Assembly: GCF_009914755.1 (NCBI RefSeq)
Contig: NC_060932.1
Direction: 5' to 3' (one strand)
DNA length: 64,000 bases
From: the human T2T-CHM13v2.0 reference genome, Homo sapiens
Under the pieces are notes generated by a model. It had not been told where the DNA came from, did no database searches, and saw only the letters and a program-made list of their open reading frames with translations. This document shows, piece after piece, positions 14,720-31,315 of the stretch. Each line of letters opens with the position of its first letter. Position 1 is the stretch's first letter. The translations under genes were made by a program, and so were the position numbers.

Positions 14720-15885
14720 CTTCTTTTGAAGAGACAATTTACCAAACAAGATACATGGATAACAAACAAGCACGTGAAAAGGTACTCAGCATCCTTAGTC
14801 ATGAAACCATCAGAAGGCTCCATGACACACCTCTCACGATGGCTGAAATGAAAAAAGATTGACCTTACCAGCTGATGACAAGGATGCAGAGCAAATAGAA
14901 CTCTCATGCACTGCTGGTGAGAATGTAAAAGGGTACAACCACTTTGGAAAATAATTCAGCACTTTATTGAAAAGTTAAACAGTACTACCCTATGATCAAG
15001 CCATTGCATTCCTAGATATTTACCCAGGAGAAATGGAAGTTCCTCTTGGTAGGAACACGATGTCCATCAACAGGTAACTGAAAAAAACAAACTGTGGTAT
15101 ATGCATACAGCACTATGTCACTCAACAATCAAAAAATAAAAATAAAAATAAAGAACTGGCCAGCCGCCGTGGCTCACGCCTGTAATCCCAGCACTTTGGG
15201 AAGCCGAGGCAGGTGGATCACTTGAGGTCAGGAGTTTGAGAGCAGCCTGGCCAACATGGCAAAACCCCATCTCTACTAAAAATACAAAAATTAGCTGGGT
15301 GTGGTGGCAGGCACCTGTAGTCTCAGCAACTCGGGAGGCTGAGGCATGAGAAGTGCTGGAACACAGGAGTTAGAAGTTGCAGTGAGCTGAGATGGCACCA
15401 CTGCACTTCAGCCTGGGTGACAGAGTGAGACTGTCTCAAAAAAACAAAAAACAAAAAAAACAAAAACAAAAACAAAAAAACAGGTAAACTCTGGTATATG
15501 CATACAGCATATATGCGTATGTGATTTCAAAAATGATTTAACGATTAAAAAAATGAACTGTTGCCACTCTACAGATGAATCTCAAAATAATTATGCTGAA
15601 TGAAAAAAGGCAGGCAAAAAAGAGTATATGCTGTATAATTACACTTAATGCAAACTAGTATATGGTGACAGCCAGTCAGTAGTTGCCTGAGAAGGAGGGG
15701 AATGAAGGAGGAAGAGATTACCAAAGGGCACAAGGAAGTTTTGAGGGGCAATAGATAAATTCATTATCTTGATTGTGATTTTTTTCATGGGTGTGTGTCT
15801 GTGTCACAATGTGTAGAACTGTACACTTACGTGCAGTTTACTGTATGTCAATTATACATTAATAAATCTGCTAAAACCAAAATGA
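14720..15885 (+). mobile_element. Old L1M (L1ME/MC-like) 3' region split by an Alu
   Basis: ORF2-end/3'UTR motifs (gctggtgagaatgtaaaa..tacaaccactttggaaaa; gatgaatctcaaaataattatgctgaatgaaa). Confidence 0.75.
15158..15481 (+). mobile_element. AluS
   Basis: Full dimer with (CAAAAA)n tail. Confidence 0.95.
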
Positions 15886-15920
15886 AAAAAATGTAAATGC
15901 ACACACAAAAAGTGCAATTA

Positions 15921-16210
15921 GGCTGGGCATGGTGGCTCACGCCTATAATCTCGGCACTTTGGGAGGCTGAGGCGGGAGGATCGCTTGAGGCCAGGAGTTC
16001 AGTACCAGCCCCACAAGATATTGAGATGTTGTCTCTACTAAAAATTAAAAAAAAATTAGCCAGGTGTGGCGGCATGTGCCTGTAGTCCCAGCTACTTCGG
16101 AGGCTGAGGCAGGAGAATTGCCTGAACCTGGGAGGTCAAGGCTTCAGTGAGCCATGATTGTGCCATTGCACTCCAGCCTGGGCGACAGAGCAAAACTCTG
16201 TCCCAGAAAA
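15921..16210 (+). mobile_element. AluJ
   Basis: Full dimer. Confidence 0.9.
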
Positions 16211-16406
16211 CTTTAGAAAGCTTTAAAAAAGCTTTTAGAAAGCCAACCTGGCTGTTAGGAAATGAACTGGAGAAAAACTAGGGCACAGGTAAGAACTGGA
16301 GGGTCTAGGTAAGAAGAAGGGAGGACGTTAACTGGTGGGGGAATGACTGGAGTCCAAAGCCACATGGATATGGTCTGTTCCTATGCCAGCCACTTCCCTC
16401 CATTTT

Positions 16407-16560
16407 CAAGACCCTGGAGAGGTAGGAAATTTGATCCCAGCTTTACAGAGAGGAGGGTGACTAGGAGCAGTGAAGCAACTTGCTCAAGGGCACACAGCTG
16501 CTGGAGAGCTGGGGTTTCCAGTCCTGTGGGTTCTGAGTCCAAAGCCCATGCTCACAAGCC
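16407..16560 (-). mobile_element. MIR
   Basis: cccagctttacagagag...gtgaagcaacttgctcaagggcacacagct. Confidence 0.7.
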
Positions 16561-17060
16561 CCTCTCTAATGTAGATAAAAGCCATCGGGGAAGACTCTTC
16601 CTTGTCTTGCTGTCTGAAATTTCTCACCCTTACGGGGCTTTGTTGCATGACCATCTTTCCTTGGGAGGAGGCGGGGTGCCATGGGTGCATGAACAGAGGT
16701 CGTAACGTCATCTAGGCAGTCAGGAAGGGAAGGCTTCCTGGAGGAAGGGACATTCCAGCTGAACCACAAAGAATGTGCAGGAAGGGGAGGAGCTCAAAAA
16801 TGAGCAAGGTTGAGGGTGGGTATGAGAAGGGGGAGAAGGCGTTCTAGAGTGGAGAGGAGGGGGTGAGGTGTGACTGCATGGAAATAAACCAGGGCAGGGC
16901 CCGCTTGAAGATCTGAACTTCAGCATCGCAAAGTGGTGGCGTGAGATGCAGAGAGAGGCACCAGATGCTGATGTTTGTTCTCTGTGTGGCGGCTTAGAGA
17001 ATGGAGTGGATGGGAGGGAGGCCAGGTGAGATCCTGCCTGCCAGGCAACTGCCTATTGTG

Positions 17061-17074
17061 GTTACCATGGAAAC
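17061..17074. promoter_or_regulatory. RFX X-box
   Basis: GTTACCATGGAAAC matches the consensus GTTNCCATGGNAAC. Confidence 0.6.
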
Positions 17075-17250
17075 ATTAGACTGCAGACCCAGCAGCCTCT
17101 AGTTCGGCCCCTCTTATTAAAGATGACGAGACTGAGGACCAGACAGGGGAAGAGATTTGCTCTTTCCTGCTGGTGGCCTGGAAACCTCTGTCCAAAAATA
17201 CTGCAGTAAAACACACTTAAGATAAAAGTCACTATTTACTTTGCAACCAT

Positions 17251-17540
17251 TTTTATTTATTATTATTTTAGACAGAATCCCTCTCTGTCACCCAAGCTAG
17301 AATGCCATCTTGGCTCACTGCAACCTCTGCCTTCTGGGCTCAAGCGATCCTCCCTCCTCAGAATCCCAAGTAGCTAGGACCACAGGCACACGCCACCTTG
17401 CCTGGCTAATTTTTGTATTTTTTGTAGAGACGGAGTTTCAGCATGTTGCCCAGGCAGGTCTCGAACTCCTGGGCTCAAGTGATCCTCCCACCTCAGTCTT
17501 CCAAAGTCCTGGAATTACAGGTATGAGCAACTATGCCTGG
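17251..17540 (-). mobile_element. AluJ
   Basis: Antisense dimer with a small deletion; TSD AACCATTTT. Confidence 0.9.
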
Positions 17541-17656
17541 ATAACCATTTTTAACCATCTCTAGAATGCTTCTCATCATTCTAAACTGAAACTCTGTACC
17601 CATTAAATAATACCCACCTCCCCTCCCCCCCAGCTTCTGGCAACCATCACTTTACT

Positions 17657-17764
17657 TTCTCCTCCTCCTCCTCCTCCGTTCTCCTCCTCCTCCTTCTCCT
17701 TCCTCCTCCTCCTCCTCCTTCCTCCTCCTCCTCCTCCTTCTCCTTCTCCTTCTTCTTCTTCTTC
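17657..17764. repeat. (CCT)n/(CTT)n polypyrimidine simple repeat, derived from an Alu tail
   Basis: Directly visible, abutting the 3' end of an antisense Alu. Confidence 0.9.
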
Positions 17765-18168
<404 letters not shown>

Positions 18169-18423
18169 TAGCATAATATCCTCAAAGTTCACCCATGTCG
18201 TGGCATGGGTCAGAATTTCCTCCCTTTTTAAAGGCCAAATACTATTCCATTGGGTGGGTAAACCACATTTTGTTCATCTATTCATCTGTTGATGGACCTA
18301 GGGTTGCTTTTGCCTTTTGGCTATTGTGAATGAGGCTGCCATGGACATGGTGTATTGGAAACCTCCTTCATAGACATCAATTGTTGGTACTTAGTGAAGA
18401 ACAAAGACTTTTGTTAAGTTTTA

Positions 18424-18893
<470 letters not shown>

Positions 18894-18957
18894 TTAGCTC
18901 AGGAAAGGAAGAACGCCATGGAGGGTCCAGTTAGTTATTCATCCGTTTGACAAATTC

Positions 18958-19048
18958 TTTTTTTTTTTTTTTGAGACCTAGTCTTGCTCTGTCGCTGCAG
19001 CTGTAGTGCAGTGGCGTGATCTCAGCTCACTGGGTAAATGACTCGGGC
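18958..19048 (-). mobile_element. Alu 3' fragment (part of an inverted duplication)
   Basis: Poly-T plus about 75 bp of right arm. Confidence 0.8.
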
Positions 19049-19199
19049 ACTTACCCAGGCTCTAATTCTAGCAGGACTCTTCCTGTTTTCTTATCGCTCA
19101 GCTGGTGGAAATGACACCAGCTTGAGCCAACCTCACCAGGTGTCATGAGCAGGAGCATCCAGGGGACCATGTAAATAAGTGCTGTCCCAATGGATGTCA

Positions 19200-20355
<1,156 letters not shown>

Positions 20356-21442
20356 CCGGTCCAACCAGCGAGAAGTGATTGCTGGTTTTGGGAGACTCCT
20401 TGCTCTCCTTCCTTCTTCGCCCGGGTCTTGGGTGCTGACCTTATGAAAGGGCAGCCTGGGGTTTTTCTTGGCATCACCAGCACATAGCTGGGTTATGCAC
20501 ACAGCACGTTGCCCAGTTCCTGGCTTGGAGGGAGTGTGCTCATGTTTGATGGTTACAACAATGGATGGGAACCCATAGCCAGTGGCTTCGATGCCTCTGT
20601 CCTGATGGGAAGCTGAGAAGGAATTGACGGTACCCTTCTTTCTTTTGGGTCACTACCGTCCTGCAGCTTCAGCGTTTCTTTGTGCTGGAGCAAGTGCAGT
20701 TGCCAAGACCGCAGAGGAAGGGGGTGGAGGAATGGCCTCAGCCATCTCAGAGGACGGCACTTGTTGCCCCCAGTGCCACTGGCCAAAGACCTTTTCAATT
20801 ACACCAGAGGCATTGGCTCTAGGCAGCCTCAGCTTCCTGTCACCACGGACTCTGTTTAATGTCTCAGCTGGACTTGGCTGCATCAGAGATTGCAGGGAAT
20901 ATGGCTGGTCCACTTGGGTGGATTTGCACATGGCCATCCTGTACATGTGCCCTTCTGCCAGCCTGGCAGCCTCTCCCTTCGTCTGCCTTTTCCTTGGAAG
21001 TGCATCAGCAGGGGGAGCTGGATCTATCCTCAACCTAATGGAAAGCAGACGTCCCCGCACGCAGAGGAGCAGGCTGCCTTGCAGGGTTTTTCTGGAATAG
21101 CTCAGATGGTTGTTATTTTATTCATTGGAATGGAGATGAATTGCTAAATGTACCAGTTAAATGTGATTTAAATTGTATATCTTTGTCAAGTTTTTCACAT
21201 AAATTCACTCATTAAAAAAAAATTCTTTGCACAGACATTTGCCTTTATTTTTGTGTTCCATGAGCTGGGGAGACAAAATGTTCTAGCTGGGAAGACCATT
21301 TTCTGTTTCTAAACTACATGAAGGTTTGCCTTTAAGACATTAGACATAAGACACTAGAAGGCTAAAGTCAGCCTGTTTGTGGGCAGCCTTAAAGCATCCC
21401 CAGAGGTCCTTGTTAAAGAACTAGTAGGTCCTCATATAACCA

Positions 21443-21626
21443 TTTATTTTATTTTATTTTTATAATTTATTTTTTAAAGGCAGGGTCTTTCTCTGTTGCC
21501 CAGGCTGGAGTGCAGTGGTGTGATTGTAGCTGACTGCAGCCTTGAGCTCCTGGGCCCAAGGTATCCTCCTGTCTTAGCCTCCATAGTACCTGGGACCACA
21601 GGTGTGTGCCACCATGTCTGGCTAAC
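21443..21626 (-). mobile_element. Alu right monomer (5'-truncated/FRAM-like)
   Basis: Right arm only; TSD CATATAACCATTT. Confidence 0.88.
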
Positions 21627-21731
21627 TCCCATATAACCATTTCTTCCCTTCCAATTTGCCAGCACTTTGACTATCCTTGTTTCATGATCCTCAGTTCCCA
21701 TGTTGAACTGAAACTTTTGTATTCCTCACGT

Positions 21732-22243
21732 TGTTTTATTTTCTGTATTTGCTGATGATTTGGCATCTGCGGCCTTGCTGATCTTGGAGAGACCACCTTT
21801 CCCGGGGCCAGCTAATTCCTGGAGATGGTAACCACTTGCCTGCAAGTGTGCCTTCCATATTGGAAACCAGCCAATCCAAGGTCCACACCCCCACCTGTCT
21901 CTATGACAGAGGATGAAACTCCGGGCCTCTGCCCTAACTACCCTAGGGCCAGGTATGAGGAAACTAGGGGCAGCTCCTATGCTGCAGAGCCCACTGGCAG
22001 TCCTCAGCCTGCTCGCCCTGCCTTGCCTGGCCGTTACCATGGAAACCACAATAAAGGCTCTTGCTGGTGTTTCCAGCCTCTCTCCCTCCCCCTCCTGACC
22101 CACCCTGGTGCCTCCCCATGTGACCCTGCGTGGTGTGCCGTACTTCCTCTTTCTAGGGGTCTGTGAATATAAAAAACTTCTTCCCTCATGACAGCAATTT
22201 TCATGTTGCATGTTAAAACAAATCCTGGGTGTAATTTGCAACA
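21732..22243 (+). mobile_element. MER74-family (ERVL) solo LTR
   Basis: ggcatctgcggccttgctgatcttggagagacc...gctaattcctggagat...ccaatcc; AATAAA at 22050; TG...CA ends. Confidence 0.7.
22033..22046. promoter_or_regulatory. RFX X-box (within the MER74 LTR)
   Basis: GTTACCATGGAAAC. Confidence 0.5.
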
Positions 22244-22356
22244 ACTTTTGACCTCTCTTCAGCTCAAATCTTGGTAATGACCACTCAAACTTACAACGGG
22301 ACTTGGCTTCTTGTCCGTGGCCCTGACTCTTTAGCCAGAAAGTGAAGCTATCATCT

Positions 22357-23217
<861 letters not shown>

Positions 23218-23386
23218 TCCTGACTCTGCAGGCTCCCTTCGTTCATTCCTCTCTGTCTAAGTGTCAAACCGGACACAACAAGCGGAGCTGAACTCATGCT
23301 TGGAAGAGAAGTTCACCTTTGTGTTATAATTTGAGTTGGCCTAAGAACTCTCCAAGACCCCAAATAAACTGGACTCTGATGCCTGA

Positions 23387-23664
<278 letters not shown>

Positions 23665-24217
23665 TGATCCTCTCATCTTTTTGTTTTAAAATGAGCTTTT
23701 CCAGTTACTTTCCCCTTATAATAACAGAATCGAGATTGGATCAAATTGGCAACCAAGACATCATGTACCTGTTTCTCCTCCCACCCCAAATCCCGTAAAA
23801 TGAAAGAAAATACATCTTTAATAAGGAGGCCCTCCAAGCTCAAAGTCGTCAGTTGCCCACCACCCAGACTAAGAGTATTCAGTGGAATAATGTGTATTCT
23901 GATTAGCACTAGATTTTAACAGATAAAAATGAACTTAAAGGCTATCACACACAAAAAAATAGGATCATAATGTAGAATTCCCAAATCATTAGAAAACAAC
24001 TGCAATCCAATAGTTGGAAATTAAAAAGAATAAGAAAGCATGGTAAAAAAAAATAAATTAGGAATAAAAGATAATTAGAAATAAATCTAAGTACACCACT
24101 ACTCACAATAAATAAAATGGGTTTAAATGTTCTATTAAATGTCCCTCAGATTGGGTTAAGAAAAAAAAAACCCTCAAATCCAAGAATACACAGTATATAG
24201 GAGATCTTCCTAAACTA

Positions 24218-24640
<423 letters not shown>

Positions 24641-24827
24641 TTACTATTTATCAATTAAACATAAAATAAAACTTTAAAAAATTTGAAAAAAATATATTTT
24701 AAACAATAATAAAAAGAACATAGAGCATTATTTGTATCGAAAAAATAAAATTCAAAGTGAAACTTATCATAAGATAAGAGTGTGATTCTTAGTTATAAAA
24801 GTTCCAGTTTGCCAAGGAGTTATAATA

Positions 24828-25224
24828 CAGTCATGCATTGCTTAACAAGGGGGGTTCGTTCCAGAAATGAGCTGTTAGGTGATTTTGTCATGCAAACATC
24901 ATGGCGTGTACTTCCAAAAACTACATGCTATAGTCTCCTTCACATCTAGGCCATATGGTATGACCTATTGCTCCTAGGCTACAAACCTGTACAGCACGTT
25001 ACTGTACTGAATACTTTAGACAATCGTAACATGATGGTATTTGTGTATTTGAATCTGTCTAAACATAGAAGAGGTAATGCATTGTGCTACAACATTATGA
25101 TGGCTATGTCACTTGGCAGTAGACATTTTTTAGCTCTGTTATATTATCCACTATAATCTCATGAGGCCCATTCTGTGTATGCAGTCTGTCATTGACCAAA
25201 ATGTCCTTATGTGGTGCATGACTG
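24828..25224 (+). mobile_element. Tigger3 (MER7)-family non-autonomous DNA transposon
   Basis: TIRs CAGTCATGCA...TGCATGACTG flanked by TA TSD; internal gctcctaggctacaaacctgtacagca motif. Confidence 0.9.
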
Positions 25225-25715
25225 TAGTTACAAATCTTTATGTACCTAATAACAGCTTCAAAACAATAAGGCATAAACTGATAGAAATTCAAAGAGAAAT
25301 GTATGAATTCATAATCATGGTGGGAAGAGTTAAAAAATTCCCCTTTCTCAGATATTGACAAATAAACAAAATTTAAGTGAGAATATGTAGGGTTCAAATC
25401 AATTAACACATTTTACAAATAACTCTATGTAGAATTTTATAGCTCCCAAAAGAGACTACATTATTTTTACACACTTAAGGTACAAGAATAAAAACTAGAG
25501 ACCAGGCCATAAAGAAAAGCCGCAATCCAAAATTGCAGGATGTCCACAACAACAAAAATGACTGCAAAAGAGGAAATAAAAAATGAAATTATGCATATAG
25601 TAACTTAAGAAAGAGAATCCAAAACTATTAGTAGTGATTACTTCTGGGGAAGAGAGTGGGGGTGAACATGGAATTTTTACAATTAGCCACATGTATGAAG
25701 TATTTGCTTGAAGTT

Positions 25716-26079
<364 letters not shown>

Positions 26080-26159
26080 TAACAGGTATACAAAGTAACA
26101 AATGAATATATAATAAGCTCCCTTTTCCAATTTACAAAAAAAAAAAACACTGAAAAAAT

Positions 26160-27060
26160 AAATAGTTTAGAAATAAAGTCATAAAAACCATTATATAGCA
26201 AAGCCTGTGGATGATGACAAAGCAGTAGCCTGGATAAACGTGCAGCTTCAAAGGTACTGATTAGACAGTAATAAACACAAATGAACTAAGCATTCAACTG
26301 AAAACAGCTTTTTAAAATCCTCCCCAAATTAAAGAAAGGCCAATCCAAATAAAAGGTACAAACATCAAAAAGAGATGACTATTATTTGCAGTTACTACAA
26401 TTATCTACTATAAACACAACGTAGAGAATCAATGGAAACATCCAGTAGTCCAGTAAATAAGAATAAAACGAAGTGATACCTTTGCTCCTTATTTAGACAA
26501 AATTTAGATTTTCCACTGTTGCTAGGGATGTGGGAAACAGGCACTTGAATATAGTGTTGGTGGAGATATAAATTGGTCAACTTTTTAAAAGTTTTAGTTC
26601 TTATATATATATAATAGAGATGGGGGTCTCACTAGGTTGCCCAGACTGGTCTCAAACTCTAAGGCTCAAGTGATCTTCCTACCTCAGCCTCTCAAACAGT
26701 TGTGGTTACAGGTATATGCCACCACACCCAGTTAAATTGGTCTATTTTTGAGAGCAATTCTGGAGAATCTACCAAAGTTTCAAATACACTTATCCTTGGA
26801 CAAATAACTACACTTATCGTTATTCTGTTAATTCTAGAGCAACAGTTCCACATCTGCTTGAAGAAACTTGTGCAAGGAATTTGGGGCAGCATTGTTTGAA
26901 ATCACAGAAAATTAGGAGCAATCTAAATGTTTATCAACTTGAAACATATATTCTCGTCTGTTTATGCTATGGAATACCATGTGGAATGAAAAAGAATGAT
27001 ATCAATGTACTGACAGAGACTATGTAAGATATATTGTTAATTGAAAACATATAGAAATGA
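26160..27060 (+). mobile_element. Old L1ME fragments
   Basis: gatgtgggaaacaggcac...gttggtggagatataaattggtcaa; gcagcattgtttgaaat..cagaaaatt. Confidence 0.55.
26615..26732 (-). mobile_element. Alu left monomer (FLAM-like)
   Basis: Left arm; flanks AAATTGGTC. Confidence 0.85.
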
Positions 27061-27089
27061 AAAAACAGATGTTTTGTCAGATACAGCTG

Positions 27090-27883
27090 TTGGCTGTCTG
27101 AAAAGCAATTGTCAACTGCCTTCTTTGATGTCGTTCCTTCTGGTGGTTGAAAGAGTTAAACACTGGCCTTTCTAGCTTCCACTGCATCTAGAGGTGGCCA
27201 TGGGACACACCTGGCAAATGAAATGTATGGAAGTCTGTTGGTGGGCTTCTGGGAAATATTTTCCTGATGAAAGGCTGAATACAGCAGCCCTTTCCTCTTT
27301 TTCCTACATTGAACACACAGGAATGTAGCAGGTGGACTGTGGGAGGGGCCATCTTGCAGCCTCAAGGTCAAGAACACAAAGGAAAGCCCCTGAAAATCAT
27401 TAAGACAGGCTGGGCATGGTGGCTCATGCCTGAAATCCCAGCACTTTGGGAGGCCGAGGCAGGCGGATGGTTTGAGGCCAGGAGTTTGAGACCAGCCTGA
27501 GCAACATGGCGGAACCCCATCTTTACAAAAAATAAAAAAATTGGCCCCGCATGGAGGTGCATGCCTGTAGTCCCAGCTACTTGGGGGAAAGAGGCAGGAG
27601 GGTCACTTGAACTCAGGAGGTCGAGGCTGCAGTGAGCTGAGATCGCGCCCCTCCTCTCCAGCCTGGGTGACAAAATGAGATCTTGTCTCAATAAATAAAT
27701 AAATAACAAAAAATAAAAAACAATCACTAAGACAGTGGGGCCACCTAATGTCACTGAGCCTCTGAGCTAACTCTCAGACCTATTTATGTACAGAATTCTT
27801 GGATTGTGAGTCAAATAAAAGCACCATTTATTTAAGTCACTTTTAGTAAAAGATTCTAGATGAACGCATTTCTAATGGATACA
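27090..27883 (+). mobile_element. LTR33-like/old ERVL-MaLR LTR split by an Alu
   Basis: gcttccactgcatctagaggtggccatgggac...ggaagtctg..gggcttctgggaa; ggccatcttgc; AATAAA; ends taatggataca. Confidence 0.55.
27408..27720 (+). mobile_element. AluJ
   Basis: Dimer; TSD AATCA(T/C)TAAGACA. Confidence 0.93.
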
Positions 27884-28020
27884 ACCCCTTATTGGTATAG
27901 GTACATCCATGTAAATGCATAGAGAAGATTTGTAACAATTCACACCAAATTGTATATGACTACAACTCAGGAATGAAATAGGATTGCCTTTTCACTCTAA
28001 ATACTTTTATAGTATTCTGA

Positions 28021-28200
28021 CTCTTTCTTTCTCTTCTTCCTTTCTTTTTTTTTCTTCCTTTCTTTTCTTTTCTTTTTCTTTCTTTCTCTTTCTTTTTCTT
28101 TCTCTTTCTTTCTTCTTTCTTTCTTTCTCTTTTCTTTCTTTCTTCCCTCCCTCCCTCTTTCCCTCCCTTTCTTTCTTTCCTTCCTTCTTTCTTTCTTTCT
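28021..28200. repeat. CT-rich (TTTC/TTCC)n low complexity, expanded Alu tail
   Basis: About 180 nt of pure pyrimidine. Confidence 0.9.
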
Positions 28201-28510
28201 TTTTTTTTTTTTTTTTTTTGAGACAGGGGCTTGCTCTGTCACCCGGGCTGGAGTGCAGTGGTCCAATCAGCTCACTGCAGCCTCAAACCCCTGGGCTCAA
28301 GCGATCCTCCCACCTTAGCCTCCCAACTAGCTGGGACCACAGACACGTTCCACCATTCCTGGCTAATTTATTGTTTTCATTATTTATTTATTTTTTTAGA
28401 GATGCATGTTATGTTGCCCCGGCTGGTCTTGAACTCCAGGGCTCAAGTGATCCTCTTGCCTCAGCCTCTCAAAGTGCTGGGATTACAGGCTTGAGCCACT
28501 GCACAGAGCC
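28200..28510 (-). mobile_element. AluJ
   Basis: Antisense dimer. Confidence 0.9.
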
Positions 28511-28729
28511 TCTGAATTTTTTCAATAAGGAAGTTTTTATGTATCAATCATGTAATTAAAAAAATTTAGAAAACACAAAAATAAAACCTCACTGTTGGAA
28601 TTTTGGGGTTATAGCCAAATAGAAACAAAAGAGTATCACTCATAGTTCCATCACAAAGAAAAAAAATTGTCAGTTTGCTCTGTCTTTTTTTAACAAAAAA
28701 TAAAATAAAACATAAAATTAATAAAACAA

Positions 28730-29033
28730 TTTCCAAAGCAGGAGTAAAAGTTCATTAAAAAGTTTTAGAACAGTAAGAAAAGGAAGGAAAGGAAAGAAAG
28801 GAAGGAAAGTGCACTAGGAAGAGGACCAAGTGAGCAGCTCGAGAAACCAAGCAAACAAGTGCATGGCGTGACCTCTTGACTCGTGGTTTTCTACATTGGC
28901 ATATTTCTGGGGTCTTGCGTCACTTCTCCCCACTCCTGAGATCTTACTGGGAAGCTGAAGGTCAGTTTCACGTGAGGATCAGGTATCTGTTGGGAGACTG
29001 CCTTTCCCTGGGGCTGGCTGTGACCAGTTAATT
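28730..29033 (-). mobile_element. MER50-like LTR fragment
   Basis: aagcaggagtaaaagttcattaaaaagttttaga...ggaagaggaccaag...ggggtcttgcgtc. Confidence 0.6.
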
Positions 29034-29394
29034 AATAGATTTTATGTTTTGGGAGGTTTCGATTTATAGAAAAATTGAGCAGATGGTACAGATAGTTCCT
29101 ACGTACTTCCTCCCACCAGCTTCCCTTGTTTATTAACATCTTGCATTAGTGTGGTACATTTGTCACCATCAATGAGCCAATATTGATACACTATTATTAA
29201 CTGAATTCTATGCTTTATACCAAGGTCACTTTGTGTTATACTGTTCTATGGGTCTTGATAAATGCGGAATGTCATGCCTACATCATACAACATACAGTGT
29301 CACACTGAACAGTTTCACTGCCCTCAAATTCCTCTGTGCTCTGTCCACTCATCCCTCCTTCTCCCCACCCTCCATCCCTGACAACCACAGATAC

Positions 29395-29665
29395 TTTTTT
29401 TTTTAAGACAAAGTTTCGCTCTTGTTGCCTAGGCTGGGGTGCAATGGTGCCATCTTGACTTACCACAACCTCCGCCTGCCTCAGCCTCCCGAGTAGCTGG
29501 GATTACGGGCATGCGCCACCATGCCCGGCTAATTTTTGTATTTTTAGTAGAGATGGGGTTTCTCCACGTTGGTCAGGCTGGTCTCGAACTCCTGACCTCA
29601 GATGATCTGCTGGCCTCGGCCTCCCAAAGTGCTGGGATTACAGGCGTGAGCCACCGTGCTTGGCC
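29395..29665 (-). mobile_element. AluS with right-arm deletion
   Basis: TSD AAC(C/T)ACAGATACTTT. Confidence 0.92.
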
Positions 29666-29812
29666 AACTACAGATACTTTTATTGTCTCCATACTTTTGC
29701 CTTTTTTAGAATGTCATACAGTTGGAATCATACAGTATGTAGCCTTTTCAGATTGGCTTCTTTCGATTAGCAACACACACTTAAAGTTTCTCTGTGTCTT
29801 TTCGTGGCTTGA

Positions 29813-30128
<316 letters not shown>

Positions 30129-30769
30129 ACAACTCACTTCTTTTTAGCCCTGAATAACATTGCATTGTCTGGATGTGCTACAGTTTACCCATTCACCTAC
30201 TCAAGGACATCTTGGTTGTTTCCAATTTTTGGCCATTACAAATGAAGCTGCTATAAACATCTGTGTGTAGCTTTTTGTATGGGTGTACGTTTCAACTCAA
30301 CTGGGTATATATCTAGGAGCACAATTGCTGAGTTGTACAATCAGACTATGTTTAAATTTGTAAGACGCTGCCAAACTGTCTTCCGAAGTAGCTGTACCAT
30401 TCTGTACTCCTTGCCAGCAATGAATGAGAGTTCCTGTTGCTCTGTACACATTTGGTATTGTCATATTTGGGGATGTTAGCATTCTGATACGTGTGCAGTG
30501 GTATCTCACTGTGGCTTTCATTTGCAATGATCTCCTGACATATGGTGTTGCACATCTGTTCATATGCTTATTTGCCATCTGTTGCTCTCTTTTCAAAAAG
30601 TGTGTAACCTAGGTAACAGCTGGGGTCTTCCAGCCCCTTGAAAATCAGATAAGATTTATTAAATTCCTTGTTCCAAGCTCTGTGAAGGTGCTAATGCCTA
30701 TTCCAGATACATGTAGACTAGATTAGACAAGGAAAGACTCATAGCAGTGGATGAATTTTTAATACTTAA

Positions 30770-31315
30770 CATTCTTTACACATGTTAAATATTGAGTGTT
30801 TTACAAATGCCTTCCCTGCACTATCTCATTTAGACTTGGCAATAACCTTGTCTCAGATAGGCGTGGCAGGTATTATCCCATTTTAAAAATCAGAATGGGG
30901 ACCAGGTACAGTGGCTCATGCCTGTGATCCCAGCACTTCAGGAGGCAGAGGTGGGAGGATCGCTTGAGATCAGGAGTTTGAAACCAGCCTAAACAACATA
31001 GGAAGACCCCTTACCCCTACAAAAAAATGAAAAAATTAACTGGGCTCGGTGGCATGCACCTGTACTCCCACTTACTTGGAAGGCTGAGATGGGAGGATTG
31101 CTTGAGCTCAGGAGCTGGAGGTTACAGTGGGTATGATTGTGCCACTGCACTCCAGCCTGGGTGACAGAGCGAGACCTTGTCTCTTAAAAGAAAATCAGGG
31201 TGAATTTCTGTGAAAATTCGATGAATTTTCCCAGCTTATAAAACTCTAAGTGGCAAAGCTGGGACATGAACAAAGTCTTTTTTACTCTGAAGCTAGAGGT
31301 CTTTTCACTATGCCC
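30770..31315 (-). mobile_element. MIR split by an Alu
   Basis: tatctcattt...aataacct...ggtattatcccatttta; agtggcaaagctgggacatgaac. Confidence 0.55.
30899..31194 (+). mobile_element. AluJ
   Basis: Full dimer. Confidence 0.9.

Noticed and set aside
20624-21100. 158-aa (+) and 135-aa (-) ORFs as a possible processed pseudogene
   Set aside because: No recognisable homology, alternative starts, and no clear poly-A plus TSD structure.
27984-28559. 191-aa F/S/L-rich ORF and the many similar ORFs containing 'LECSG', '[12 protein letters not shown]' or '[14 protein letters not shown]'
   Set aside because: Translations of Alu and simple repeats.
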